A stretch of 29,432 nucleotides of DNA from a virus. Below the pieces are notes generated by a model. That model was not told the DNA's origin. It searched no databases and worked only from the letters and a program-made list of their open reading frames with translations. This document shows positions 13,647-22,462 of this stretch, piece after piece (the first letter of the stretch is position 1; the number at the start of each line of letters is the position of its first letter). The stretch lies in IMG/VR virus record IMGVR_UViG_3300017971_000177. One strand, written 5' to 3'. The position numbers and the translations under genes are program-made.

Positions 13647-14933
13647 ATGCCTACTTCCTTGGAGCGCTTCAGTGGTCTCATGTCTAACTTATTTAGGCGT
13701 AAGTTGTATATTAATGCCTATGAGAACGTGGTCTATGAGCACCTGACATTTAATGCCCGTTCAAACCAGGAGCTACAAAAGTTATATACCAGTCTCGTCG
13801 AAGTAAGGATCATCGAGGACTTCATTGCTGACTTTATCAGCCGTATACCGGCAGGAGTTGAAGATGCGGCAGGTAATGAAGTTAAGCGCTCGCCACTGAA
13901 CCAGTTGATCCAGCAAGCCAATCCTCAGCAGTCGTTCCAGGAGTTGCTCAAAGAGTACCTGGTGTACTACGGTTTGACAGGTAACGCGTATATGTTCTAC
14001 AACGATAACTACCTGTATAACCTGCCTACTGATGAGGTTGAGATCGTTACGAGGTTCCCTGTTGAAGTACCGGAGTACAGGAACTGGGTGGAGTACTTCA
14101 AGCACAACTATGAGGGTATTGACTACCTGCTGCCTGGTGACCAGGTGTTGCACCTGAAGACAGCACAGTTGGAAGCTGAACGGGGCAGTTGGGTCTATGG
14201 GTCCAGTCCTTACTCAGCAGCTGAGCCTAATATCAAGGCGCTCGAAGCGAACAACTCAGCCCGGGTAAGTACGATGAATGACAGGGGTGCACTTGGGTTC
14301 ATCACGAATGACAGTGAGTACCCTGACAAGGATGCAACGGAGGAAGCACAGGAGAACATGCAGAAGTACGGGTTGAAGGAAGGGCAGTATAAGTTCCTCA
14401 TCAGCACACAGAAGCTCAGGTATCAGAAGATGAGTATGAACCTGGAGGAGTTGAAGCTACTTGAGAATCTCGAGGTTGACTTCAACAAGCTGTGTATGCT
14501 CAGGGGTATCGATCCGGTGATCTTCTTCTCAGGGGATACAACCTACGCGAACCAGTACCAGGCGTACAAGGCTACGGTGAAGCGTGCACTGCTACCCCTG
14601 GCGTATCACTTCTATGACAAGGCTAACCTGTGGATCAAGAGGAACACAGGTACTACCAACCGGCTCGTACCGCAGGTGGATAAGCTGCCTGACTACAGCG
14701 AGCTTGGCGTTGAGCACAGTGCCCGCCTGGTCAAGGAGGTTGAAGCAGGTGTACTCAGCAGGGCACAGGCGTTAGAGATACTCTACCCTGACCTTGAGTG
14801 GGTTGAGGACGCTCCGCAGATGATGCAGGTCGTGGAAGCTAATAGAGGAGGCTCGTCCTCCTCAAGTAGTTCCACGACCAATGGAGAAGCCTCAGATGAA
14901 GATAAGTTGTTTAACATTAAACTATATAAGTAA
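13647..14933 (+). CDS. Portal protein
   Basis: 428 aa and first gene of the late operon next to terL. It has a poly-Ser acidic C-terminus. Its size and position are typical of HK97/SPP1-type portals. Confidence 0.75.
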   Translation: MPTSLERFSGLMSNLFRRKLYINAYENVVYEHLTFNARSNQELQKLYTSLVEVRIIEDFIADFISRIPAGVEDAAGNEVKRSPLNQLIQQANPQQSFQELLKEYLVYYGLTGNAYMFYNDNYLYNLPTDEVEIVTRFPVEVPEYRNWVEYFKHNYEGIDYLLPGDQVLHLKTAQLEAERGSWVYGSSPYSAAEPNIKALEANNSARVSTMNDRGALGFITNDSEYPDKDATEEAQENMQKYGLKEGQYKFLISTQKLRYQKMSMNLEELKLLENLEVDFNKLCMLRGIDPVIFFSGDTTYANQYQAYKATVKRALLPLAYHFYDKANLWIKRNTGTTNRLVPQVDKLPDYSELGVEHSARLVKEVEAGVLSRAQALEILYPDLEWVEDAPQMMQVVEANRGGSSSSSSSTTNGEASDEDKLFNIKLYK

Positions 14934-15367
14934 TGAGTTTTGATTTTGGTGTAGGAAGTAATCAGCCTTCAGGTGCCCGTGGAACAGCAGGGCAAACAAA
15001 GGATGAGGTTATTAACGGTCAGTTCTTACAGGGTACTCAAGGGTGGACCCTGGGGGCTAATTGGTCTTTATCGGGCAGGAGTTTACTGCACGAGGCCGGT
15101 GCCATTGAGGCGGTCAGTCAGGATTTGGCTGGGGCGACACACACGACTGTGACGTATTCATTTATGGTTCATCTTTCCGGCATCAGTGCCGGGACGCTGA
15201 CTGTTACTGAGGGCAGTGGTGCTACTGGTGAGGAGCTTGATGCTAACGGCTGGCACACCTGGGAGGCTGTTTTGACAACAGATACTACTTTAGCCTTCAC
15301 TCCATCGACTGATTTTGATGGTCAGATCGATGTTGTAAGGGTAAGGGCATTGAAAGTACAACCGTAA
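14933..15367 (+). CDS. Small jelly-roll/CBM-like protein (144 aa); possible head decoration or accessory protein
   Basis: INGQFLQGTQGWTLGANWSL is typical of the first strand of carbohydrate-binding/galactose-binding-like domains. TAATG coupling to the portal gene. Confidence 0.55.
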   Translation: MSFDFGVGSNQPSGARGTAGQTKDEVINGQFLQGTQGWTLGANWSLSGRSLLHEAGAIEAVSQDLAGATHTTVTYSFMVHLSGISAGTLTVTEGSGATGEELDANGWHTWEAVLTTDTTLAFTPSTDFDGQIDVVRVRALKVQP

Positions 15368-15373
15368 GGAATT

Positions 15374-15619
15374 ATGGCAGTAGCATTTGTCCGCAGGGGC
15401 GACATACAGGAGTATGACGTTGAGGAGGAACTGCGTAAATACAGGCAGTGGGCTGCTCACCGTAGTCAACAGATAACTAATATCAGTTGGGGTGGTACCA
15501 TTGGTAATCCTGCAAGCCAGGTGGTGGATGAGTATGCTGCAAGAGTACGTCAGGACGAGGGAGTTGTGGAATCATTGGATTGTTTACAGGCGAGAGTCTA
15601 TCAACTTATGCTATTATGA
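15374..15619 (+). CDS. Hypothetical 81-aa protein carrying the shared Y-x2-RV-x2-D-x-GVVE-x3-C motif
   Basis: ATG-initiated ORF with ATGA coupling to the protease gene. The motif is DEYAARVRQDEGVVESLDC. Confidence 0.6.
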   Translation: MAVAFVRRGDIQEYDVEEELRKYRQWAAHRSQQITNISWGGTIGNPASQVVDEYAARVRQDEGVVESLDCLQARVYQLMLL

Positions 15620-16398
15620 CAAGACAGGAGCGTATTAAAAAGGTTATCCTGGAAAAGGATACTATCATTGCCAAGAAAAAGAGTAAGATGAAGCAGGCTG
15701 ATGGCGTGGTGATCACTGACGCGGCTAAGAAGACAGTTGTAAAGGCTGTCCGGGACGATGAAAAAAAAAGTGAACTCGACGCAATCCTGATCATTAATAC
15801 TACTAACTTCATGGACTCGCATAGTGATGTTCACATACCTGGATTGTGGAGCAAGTCTCTTCAGGAGAACAAGAACATTATGCACTTACAGGAGCACAAA
15901 CTTGAGTTCGAGAAGATCATTGCTGATGGAGACGACTTAAATGTATATACGAAGACTTTCAACTGGTCCGACCTTGGTTATCCATATCCAGGACAAACAG
16001 AAGCATTGGTTTTTGATAGTAAGATCAGACGAGAACGCAATGAGTATATGTTTAACCAATACAAACAAGGCCGCGTTAATAATCATAGTGTCGGCATGGG
16101 ATATGTGAAGATACTTTTAGCCGTTGATGATCCTGATGAAACTCAATACTATGAGAACTGGGAAAAGTACATTGATCAGATAGCAAACAAGGAAAAAGCC
16201 CAGGAACAAGGTTATTTTTGGGTAATCAAAGAAGCAAAGGTTGTTGAAGGCAGTGCAGTTCCAATAGGTTCAAATACTGCAACACCTACATACGATATTA
16301 AGTCAGAGCCGTTTCAGGACACTCTGAACATTCTAAAGTCAATCATTGAGCCGGAGGTTGATCCACTCAATTTATTTATTAACAAATTAAAACTATAA
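15616..16398 (+). CDS. Prohead maturation protease (HK97 family, S78/U35-like)
   Basis: NFMDSHSDVHIPGLW, LQEHK, NNHSVGMGY and VVEGSAVPIGSN. It sits immediately upstream of the capsid gene. The track start at 15580 is TTG; the ATG at 15616 overlaps the upstream TGA. Confidence 0.75.
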   Translation: MTRQERIKKVILEKDTIIAKKKSKMKQADGVVITDAAKKTVVKAVRDDEKKSELDAILIINTTNFMDSHSDVHIPGLWSKSLQENKNIMHLQEHKLEFEKIIADGDDLNVYTKTFNWSDLGYPYPGQTEALVFDSKIRRERNEYMFNQYKQGRVNNHSVGMGYVKILLAVDDPDETQYYENWEKYIDQIANKEKAQEQGYFWVIKEAKVVEGSAVPIGSNTATPTYDIKSEPFQDTLNILKSIIEPEVDPLNLFINKLKL

Positions 16399-16401
16399 AA
16401 A

Positions 16402-17673
16402 ATGGCAGACACCATTAAAACACCTGAGGAACTTGCCAAGGAGATCAACGAGGCTCTTAGTGGAATCAGGGACATGATCAAAAAATCCGCTACCAAAGAA
16501 GAGGCGGAAGCATTGAAGGATGACATCGCAAAACTGCGTAATGAATTCCCTCAGGAAGAGTATGCTGACAAAATTGACTCGATCGAGCAATCAGTGAAAG
16601 AACTCTCAAACAAGGTGAAAAACGTTTCTATCGTGGGCATGCCTAACGGCGTTACCCTGCGTGACCGGATCAAGGAACAACTTGAGACTGAAACCTGGCA
16701 GAAGCACCTCAAGAACCGTGCCGAGGGAGAATCACCTATCGCTAACATCGAAACTAAGGACATCAACTGGGGTGCGGCCGGAGCCAACGGTACCAACGAC
16801 GTAGTTCAGAACGCGATGCCGTTCCTGGTACCACAGTATCCGTTTGAAGAGCCCTTTGACGTCCGCAGTGTGTTCCCGGTAGGCTCGATCGATACAGGTT
16901 CACTCGACTATCCTCAGGAACTGTTGTACACTGATGGAATGGGCATGTTGGCGGAGACAGGCGGTTCTAGTGAGACCAGTATCACATTTCAGATGGTTAC
17001 TGAGAACGCGCACAGGATAGCAACCTTTGCTGAAGTCAGCCGCAGGGCGCTCCGCAACACCACCTGGTTGAGTGCGTATCTGGCCAACCGTTTCATGGAG
17101 AAGTTCGTGAAGCTCCTGAACACACAGTCGCTTGTTGGTGATGACACCGGTGAGAACCTGAATGGAGTGTACAACCAGGCTACCGCGTATGCTGCGGCCG
17201 GGGCGTTCACTGATACGATTCCTTCAGGCGAGTCAACACTGATCGACGCAGTTATTGCCATGAAGTCCCAGCTGTATGATACTGCGAATGTGATGGCGAA
17301 TGTTTGCATGGTATCTCCTGTCACCCATTATCAGCTGACCGTTCAGAAGACTACTACACGTGAGTACGCTTACGAGCAGCAGTTGGCTCAGGTTGATTCA
17401 ATGGGAATGTGGAGAATCAACGGCATGACCCTGATCATGAGCAAGGACATACCTGATGGAGAGGCATTGATCGGACTTGTCGCTCCTACCGTACTTGAAC
17501 TGTTGTTCAACGGTGGCCTGGACATGAGTACTACTCAATCGCACGCAAGCAACTTTATCGGAAGTATCGTTGCGTTCCGGTTCGAGGCTGACGTACTGTT
17601 CCCTGTTTACCGTCCGTATGCCTGGATAAAGGGTGACCTTGCAACCGTACAGGATGATATTACTGCGGCATAG
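16402..17673 (+). CDS. Major capsid protein, HK97 fold, with an N-terminal coiled-coil delta (scaffold-like) domain
   Basis: 423 aa. The first ~100 aa are rich in Glu/Lys heptads. It follows the protease, and no separate scaffold gene is present. Confidence 0.8.
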   Translation: MADTIKTPEELAKEINEALSGIRDMIKKSATKEEAEALKDDIAKLRNEFPQEEYADKIDSIEQSVKELSNKVKNVSIVGMPNGVTLRDRIKEQLETETWQKHLKNRAEGESPIANIETKDINWGAAGANGTNDVVQNAMPFLVPQYPFEEPFDVRSVFPVGSIDTGSLDYPQELLYTDGMGMLAETGGSSETSITFQMVTENAHRIATFAEVSRRALRNTTWLSAYLANRFMEKFVKLLNTQSLVGDDTGENLNGVYNQATAYAAAGAFTDTIPSGESTLIDAVIAMKSQLYDTANVMANVCMVSPVTHYQLTVQKTTTREYAYEQQLAQVDSMGMWRINGMTLIMSKDIPDGEALIGLVAPTVLELLFNGGLDMSTTQSHASNFIGSIVAFRFEADVLFPVYRPYAWIKGDLATVQDDITAA

Positions 17674-17699
17674 TCTGTTCTGCTCATCATGTGATCCTT

Positions 17700-17730
17700 G
17701 GGGTAGAGTCCCTGCCCCTTGGGTTTTTTT
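17700..17730 (+). terminator. Rho-independent terminator/attenuator after the capsid gene
   Basis: GGGGTAG-agtcc-CTGCCCC followed by ttgggTTTTTTT. Confidence 0.6.
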
Positions 17731-17742
17731 AACATCAAGGCA

Positions 17743-18255
17743 ATGATCAAAACAAAAAAGACATTAGTAGGAACAAGTCCTCTTACACTTGAGGCTGCTA
17801 AGCAATGGTTGAGAATAACTGATGACCCTTCTGCTGATGACAGTCTTATCACTGATCTTATCGAACAGTCGCGTGATTTGATTGAGGAAAATTTGAACAT
17901 TGCTATGGTTGAGTACTCTGTTGAGATCGAGGCAACCGAAAGAACTGAGCTTACATTACCTTACCGACCCATTGTTTCAGTTACTCAAGTGCAGGACCGG
18001 GAGATGAATGATCTGACCTACTCATTTAATGGGTTTGCCATATCCCTCAACTCTCCGTCCGATATCGTGGCTACTTATACATGTGGCTATGGGTCCAGTG
18101 AGCTTCCTTCTGGACTTTTGTTAGGATGGAAGGAAGTACTCACTGGGTTTTATGAGAATCGAGGCGACCGTATGAATACAGATTTCAACCCGATGATTTT
18201 AATCCGTCAGAACCCCGTTCTAGCGGCGTATAATAAACAATCTTGGTGGGTCTGA
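17743..18255 (+). CDS. Head-tail connector (gp6-like, DNA-packaging/head-tail adaptor)
   Basis: LTLEAAKQWLRITDDPSADDSLITDLIEQSRDLIEENL is the typical N-terminal pattern. The track start at 17719 is TTG and lies inside the terminator T-run. Confidence 0.7.
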   Translation: MIKTKKTLVGTSPLTLEAAKQWLRITDDPSADDSLITDLIEQSRDLIEENLNIAMVEYSVEIEATERTELTLPYRPIVSVTQVQDREMNDLTYSFNGFAISLNSPSDIVATYTCGYGSSELPSGLLLGWKEVLTGFYENRGDRMNTDFNPMILIRQNPVLAAYNKQSWWV

Positions 18256-18269
18256 CATAATGTATTGCT

Positions 18270-18590
18270 ATGGGCATTGGACGCTTTAGAAGCCGGATAA
18301 AGATTATTGAAGTTCAGAGAGGGCAACCGGATGGATTAGGTGGCTACTATACAACCAAAGAAACAGTCGCAACGGTTTGGGGCAATGTTGAACTGAATGA
18401 CGGCTCCAGGGCTCTTGAAGGTAACAGGGTGACTAACCATACACCTTATGAAATTACTTTAAGGGCAGGTACGTACGTTGTTACTACAAATAACCTGCTT
18501 GAGTATGATGGTATTGAATTAACTATAAACTCTGTAAGGATTGACCAGGACAAACGATGGACAATAGTACAGGCTTATTCTGATGGCTGA
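18270..18590 (+). CDS. Head closure / head-tail adaptor protein
   Basis: 106 aa with the pattern FRSRIKIIEVQ...VWGNVE...YEITLR, in the expected position. Confidence 0.65.
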   Translation: MGIGRFRSRIKIIEVQRGQPDGLGGYYTTKETVATVWGNVELNDGSRALEGNRVTNHTPYEITLRAGTYVVTTNNLLEYDGIELTINSVRIDQDKRWTIVQAYSDG

Positions 18591-19011
18591 AAAAACCGAT
18601 ATAAGAGTAATAAATTTAAGTGAGGTCATTAAGGACATTGACGACTTTGATGGAAAGACTCAGGTAGACTTTGAGAAGATGCTTGACAGGTATGCTAAAC
18701 AGGTAGCGATCAATCAAAAAACTATCCTGCGTCAAAAAGTAAAGCAATGGACTGGTAATCTTGCAGGCTCAATCGGTTTCAGTGCTAGTAAATTAGCAAG
18801 AACAATATATCCTGGGCGATACTATATTCCACGTGGTAAAGAAACAGGTGAAGACTACAGGTTATTCATTGAAGAGGGCGGGCAACCTTATAACAATCCA
18901 AAGGCGAAACCTTTTATGGGTTACTGGTACGTGAAGGACAGTATCAAGGGTATCGAGGAAAAAATGAAAAAGGAGATTAATCAGATCATTAAAAAGAACC
19001 AAAAGAAATGA
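18583..19011 (+). CDS. HK97 gp10-like neck/tail-attachment protein
   Basis: Position, size, and the VKQWTGNLAGSIGF motif. Confidence 0.55.
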   Translation: MAEKTDIRVINLSEVIKDIDDFDGKTQVDFEKMLDRYAKQVAINQKTILRQKVKQWTGNLAGSIGFSASKLARTIYPGRYYIPRGKETGEDYRLFIEEGGQPYNNPKAKPFMGYWYVKDSIKGIEEKMKKEINQIIKKNQKK

Positions 19012-19499
19012 CTGATGTTAGGGCAGATATAATTGGGGCAATCAATACTTTGCTTGCAGATCACCCTCTTGAAGTGTTCAATGATGTTCCTCAGAACGCT
19101 GACTATCCTTTAATATTCATAGGTAATATCGAGTTGAATACTCAGGTAGATAATAAGTCGACCTATGAAGTCCAGGGGTATGTCGAGGTTCATTTATACA
19201 CAGGTGATAAACCATGGCAAAAGTCCCTTGTTGAACCTTACCAGTGGTTGAACAACTTAAAAGTAAGGTTGCAGCCTTATGTTTCATTCGTACTGCCTTT
19301 GAATGATCATCACATGGTATGGTGGAAACTTGATACTGACACTGATTTTAACGACATATCTGTTACTGAAAAACATTATGTTGCGCAGGTTGTCTACCAG
19401 TTTGAAATTTTTCATAACTTTACATATTATGACAGGGTCTCTAATGATGGAGGCGTTGTCGAAAATTACACTGATTGTGTATTAAATAAAATACTATAA
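19008..19499 (+). CDS. Tail terminator/completion protein (DUF3168-like) with the shared motif at its C-terminus
   Basis: It sits just before the major tail gene with ATGA coupling. The C-terminus reads YYDRVSNDGGVVENYTDCV. Confidence 0.55.
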   Translation: MTDVRADIIGAINTLLADHPLEVFNDVPQNADYPLIFIGNIELNTQVDNKSTYEVQGYVEVHLYTGDKPWQKSLVEPYQWLNNLKVRLQPYVSFVLPLNDHHMVWWKLDTDTDFNDISVTEKHYVAQVVYQFEIFHNFTYYDRVSNDGGVVENYTDCVLNKIL

Positions 19500-19501
19500 T
19501 T

Positions 19502-20113
19502 ATGGCAACAGTTCAAGGAAAAAACCTAGTTGTAAGAATCCTGGATGGTACTTTCAAGGGTTACGCCGACACAACAACAACTCCTGCTACTCCGGCTGAT
19601 GGTGATTATTATATCGCTACTGAAGATGGTGACTACACTAACTTTGATGTTAGTCTTACTGGTGTTCTTGCCGGCGACATTCTTAAGTACATAACCGATG
19701 CGTGGACGAATGCAGGTGTTTCAGGTGGTGGTGTGATTGCTTGCTCTACTTCCTGTACAATGACACTGAATCAAGCGTTCACTGAAGTAACATGTAAGGA
19801 TGCTGACTCTTGGGTATCACAGATCGAGGGTCAAAAGTCATGGGAGATGACAGTCGATGCTCTTTACCAGGAAGACGATATCGCCGGTGCAAAGGGATTT
19901 GTCGACTTATCTCAGTTGATCATCACCGGTCCTAACATTGCTCACGTGGCATTCGAGGAGATTAACAATCCGTTTGCTACAGTCAATGACAATACCTGGA
20001 GTGGCATGGCAAGGCTTAGCACCTGTTCGTTAACCGGACCTGACAATGAGGCTGCTACTTACAACGCGACATTGATGGGTAACGGCCCACTTTATTTCAC
20101 TCAAAGGACGTAA
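19502..20113 (+). CDS. Major tail (tube) protein
   Basis: 203 aa, located immediately upstream of the frameshifted chaperone pair and the tape measure gene. Confidence 0.75.
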   Translation: MATVQGKNLVVRILDGTFKGYADTTTTPATPADGDYYIATEDGDYTNFDVSLTGVLAGDILKYITDAWTNAGVSGGGVIACSTSCTMTLNQAFTEVTCKDADSWVSQIEGQKSWEMTVDALYQEDDIAGAKGFVDLSQLIITGPNIAHVAFEEINNPFATVNDNTWSGMARLSTCSLTGPDNEAATYNATLMGNGPLYFTQRT

Positions 20114-20115
20114 AT

Positions 20116-20460
20116 ATGTTTATCGGAGGAGAAGACAGACCTATTAAGTTCGGTATTAATCAAACTGATCTTTATTGCACCCTGCGTGGTATATCAATTA
20201 CTGTTATGCAGGAAGAGATGAAAAAGTTTGTTAACGGTGATTACACAGGGGGAGAGATTCGTGACCTTATCTGGTCAGCCCTGGCAGATGGTGCCAGGAA
20301 AGAAAAGATCGATTTTCCTTTTACTAATCTTGATGTAGGCGACTGGCTTGAGGAAGTCCAGGAAGGTGAATTAACTAAGGCACTTAATGAAATGAACGCC
20401 GGTGCACCTAAAGTTAGGGCTAACTCTGCGAAAAAAAAAGTCAGAGTGAGCTCTACATAG
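20116..20460 (+). CDS. Tail assembly chaperone (G-like, zero-frame product)
   Basis: Its position between the tube and tape measure genes, and the A9 slippery run near its 3' end. Confidence 0.75.
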   Translation: MFIGGEDRPIKFGINQTDLYCTLRGISITVMQEEMKKFVNGDYTGGEIRDLIWSALADGARKEKIDFPFTNLDVGDWLEEVQEGELTKALNEMNAGAPKVRANSAKKKVRVSST

Positions 20461-20738
20461 AGGACGTTATAGATCACCTGAGTGAGATAGGTATACGTTA
20501 CGAGGATATGCTCGATATGTCCTGGGCTGAGTACCAGTATTTAGCAACAGGTCATCAATTGAGACTTGAAAGACAGTGGGATTATACCAGGCACTTGATG
20601 GCAGCGATGCACAATTCAAGTGGTTTTGCTAAGCGCAGGGTCAGACCTATCGAAATAATTAAACTTGATTTGCTCGATAAACCCAGGAAGATCAAAAAGA
20701 TACCAATCGAGGACGTAATGAGAATACTTAGGAACTAA
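20116..20738 (+). CDS. Tail assembly chaperone, -1 frameshift fusion product (GT-like, about 207 aa)
   Basis: The -1 frame is open from the A-run (20439) through the ORF 20508..20738 with no stop codon. Confidence 0.65.
20431..20439 (+). promoter_or_regulatory. Slippery A AAA AAA run for -1 programmed ribosomal frameshift
   Basis: GCG AAA AAA AAA GTC in the zero frame. After a -1 slip the next codon is AGT at 20439. Confidence 0.65.
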
Positions 20739-22462
20739 TGGGACTGCTTACAAACATAAGGGTCTTCATGACCTTAAACACTAAGAACTTTAGTAAAGGT
20801 CTTAAAAAGTCGCAGAAAGAAACCAGGGACTTCGACAAAAGTATATCTAGTTTAGGTCAGAACATAGCAGGTGTATTTTCAGCCGGTGCTATTATTGCCT
20901 TTGGTCAGGAGTTAGCCAGTCTCAACGCGAAGATATACAACGCCAGGATTGCCTTTGAAAGATTTGGAGGGCAAACTTTGTTCATGCAGGAGTTGCGTGA
21001 TTCAACTGGTGGTATGGTCGATGATCTTCACCTGATGCAACAGGCTATCCAGGCAACCAACCTTGGATTGAGACAATCAGACTTACCTACATTCTTTAAG
21101 TTTGCTACTATACGTGCGGCTGAAACAGGTGTTGCTGTTGATTACCTTGTCAATTCAATTGTCAGTGGTGTTGGCCGTGAGTCCAGGCTCGTACTTGACA
21201 ACCTTGGTATATCACTTAAGGACTTAAACCTTGAAATCGAGCAACTTGGTTCTACTTTTACACCGGCGGCTATCAGTCTCATCTCTAAAAACTTCCTTGA
21301 AGCAAGGCGTGAAATTGACGATACCACAAACAGTGTCTTCAAGCTCAATGCTCAGTGGAAAAACTTTACGCAAAACCTGGCTGAGGGAGTTGTTGGTGAC
21401 ACTGCAGCCGGTATCATAGGAAGATTATCATCAGGACTTGAAACTATTAACAGGTTTTTCGACAGGGACCTTGGTGAGCAAACCGTAGCTGAGGAACTTA
21501 GTAAGATAACTGATGATACCGAAGAGTGGTATAAGTGGTTAGGCTTTGTCAGGAATAAATGGCTTGAGATAGGCAGGGAGTTTGATGGATGGGCTTCGAG
21601 TGAAAACAATCCCTCTAACTGGTTCAGGATTAGTGAGGCTGAGTTTTTCGATCAGCAATCTGATCAGGTACTTAAGTTTATCAACAACTTAATGAAAGTT
21701 GAAGGTGCCTGGGATAAGTTTATTGAGAAGTATACTAAAAAGGTAGAACCACCTGAAGTATTGGAGCCTGAGGAAGGATTTGATCCTTCATTTGGTTATC
21801 TTGAGGGACTTCGCCGCGAGCTTGAATTAGCCACTGAAGCACAGTTGAAACTAGCCAGGACTGATCCAGAGTTTGACGTTAAGGCAGAGGGATTACGTGA
21901 GTTGATCGCTGGACTTAAAGAAATGATTGACCTGTATCTTAAGGGCGTGCAGGCTACTGAAGAGATGGAAGATGCCACTGAAGATTTAACTGAACAGGTA
22001 TATAACTTAAGCGAGGTGTTTGCTGAAGTGGCCGGTATAGCAGTACGTAGTTTTGTTGATTCGTTATTGCAGGCGATAGAAACAGGCGATGTCATAGGTG
22101 CTTTTGCTAGTTTCTTAACTGACCTTGGAAAGATGTTGACTGCTTACGGTTCGGCTCTTGTTGCCTTTGGTATTGCCGAGGAAGTATTGAAATACGGTGA
22201 CCCATATAGTAAGATCGCAGCCGGTGCAGTGTTGATAGCTGCTGGAGTTGCCTTGAGTGCTATCGGTGGTGCCATCAGTAAACATGCTGGAGGTGGAGGC
22301 GGAGGTTACGGAGGCGGTCGTGGTTCCTATAGTTCTTATGGCGGTGGAACAGGACCTGATATGGGTTTTGACTATAACAGGGAAATAGTAATGGTTGCCC
22401 GTGGTGAAGACTTAGTTGCAGTTATCAATCGTCAAAACTTCAGACAAGGTGTCAATCTATAG
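20738..22462 (+). CDS. Tape measure protein
   Basis: 574 aa and largely helical, with hydrophobic segments and the Gly-rich stretch GGGGGGYGGGRGSYSSYGGGTG near the C-terminus. Canonical position. Confidence 0.8.
   Translation: MGLLTNIRVFMTLNTKNFSKGLKKSQKETRDFDKSISSLGQNIAGVFSAGAIIAFGQELASLNAKIYNARIAFERFGGQTLFMQELRDSTGGMVDDLHLMQQAIQATNLGLRQSDLPTFFKFATIRAAETGVAVDYLVNSIVSGVGRESRLVLDNLGISLKDLNLEIEQLGSTFTPAAISLISKNFLEARREIDDTTNSVFKLNAQWKNFTQNLAEGVVGDTAAGIIGRLSSGLETINRFFDRDLGEQTVAEELSKITDDTEEWYKWLGFVRNKWLEIGREFDGWASSENNPSNWFRISEAEFFDQQSDQVLKFINNLMKVEGAWDKFIEKYTKKVEPPEVLEPEEGFDPSFGYLEGLRRELELATEAQLKLARTDPEFDVKAEGLRELIAGLKEMIDLYLKGVQATEEMEDATEDLTEQVYNLSEVFAEVAGIAVRSFVDSLLQAIETGDVIGAFASFLTDLGKMLTAYGSALVAFGIAEEVLKYGDPYSKIAAGAVLIAAGVALSAIGGAISKHAGGGGGGYGGGRGSYSSYGGGTGPDMGFDYNREIVMVARGEDLVAVINRQNFRQGVNL

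Noticed and set aside
15761-15769. A second A9 run (inside the protease gene) as another programmed frameshift site.
   Set aside because: A -1 slip gives AAG TGA, which is immediate termination, and no extended alternative frame exists. It is most likely just a Lys-Lys coding homopolymer, although it could be error-prone.
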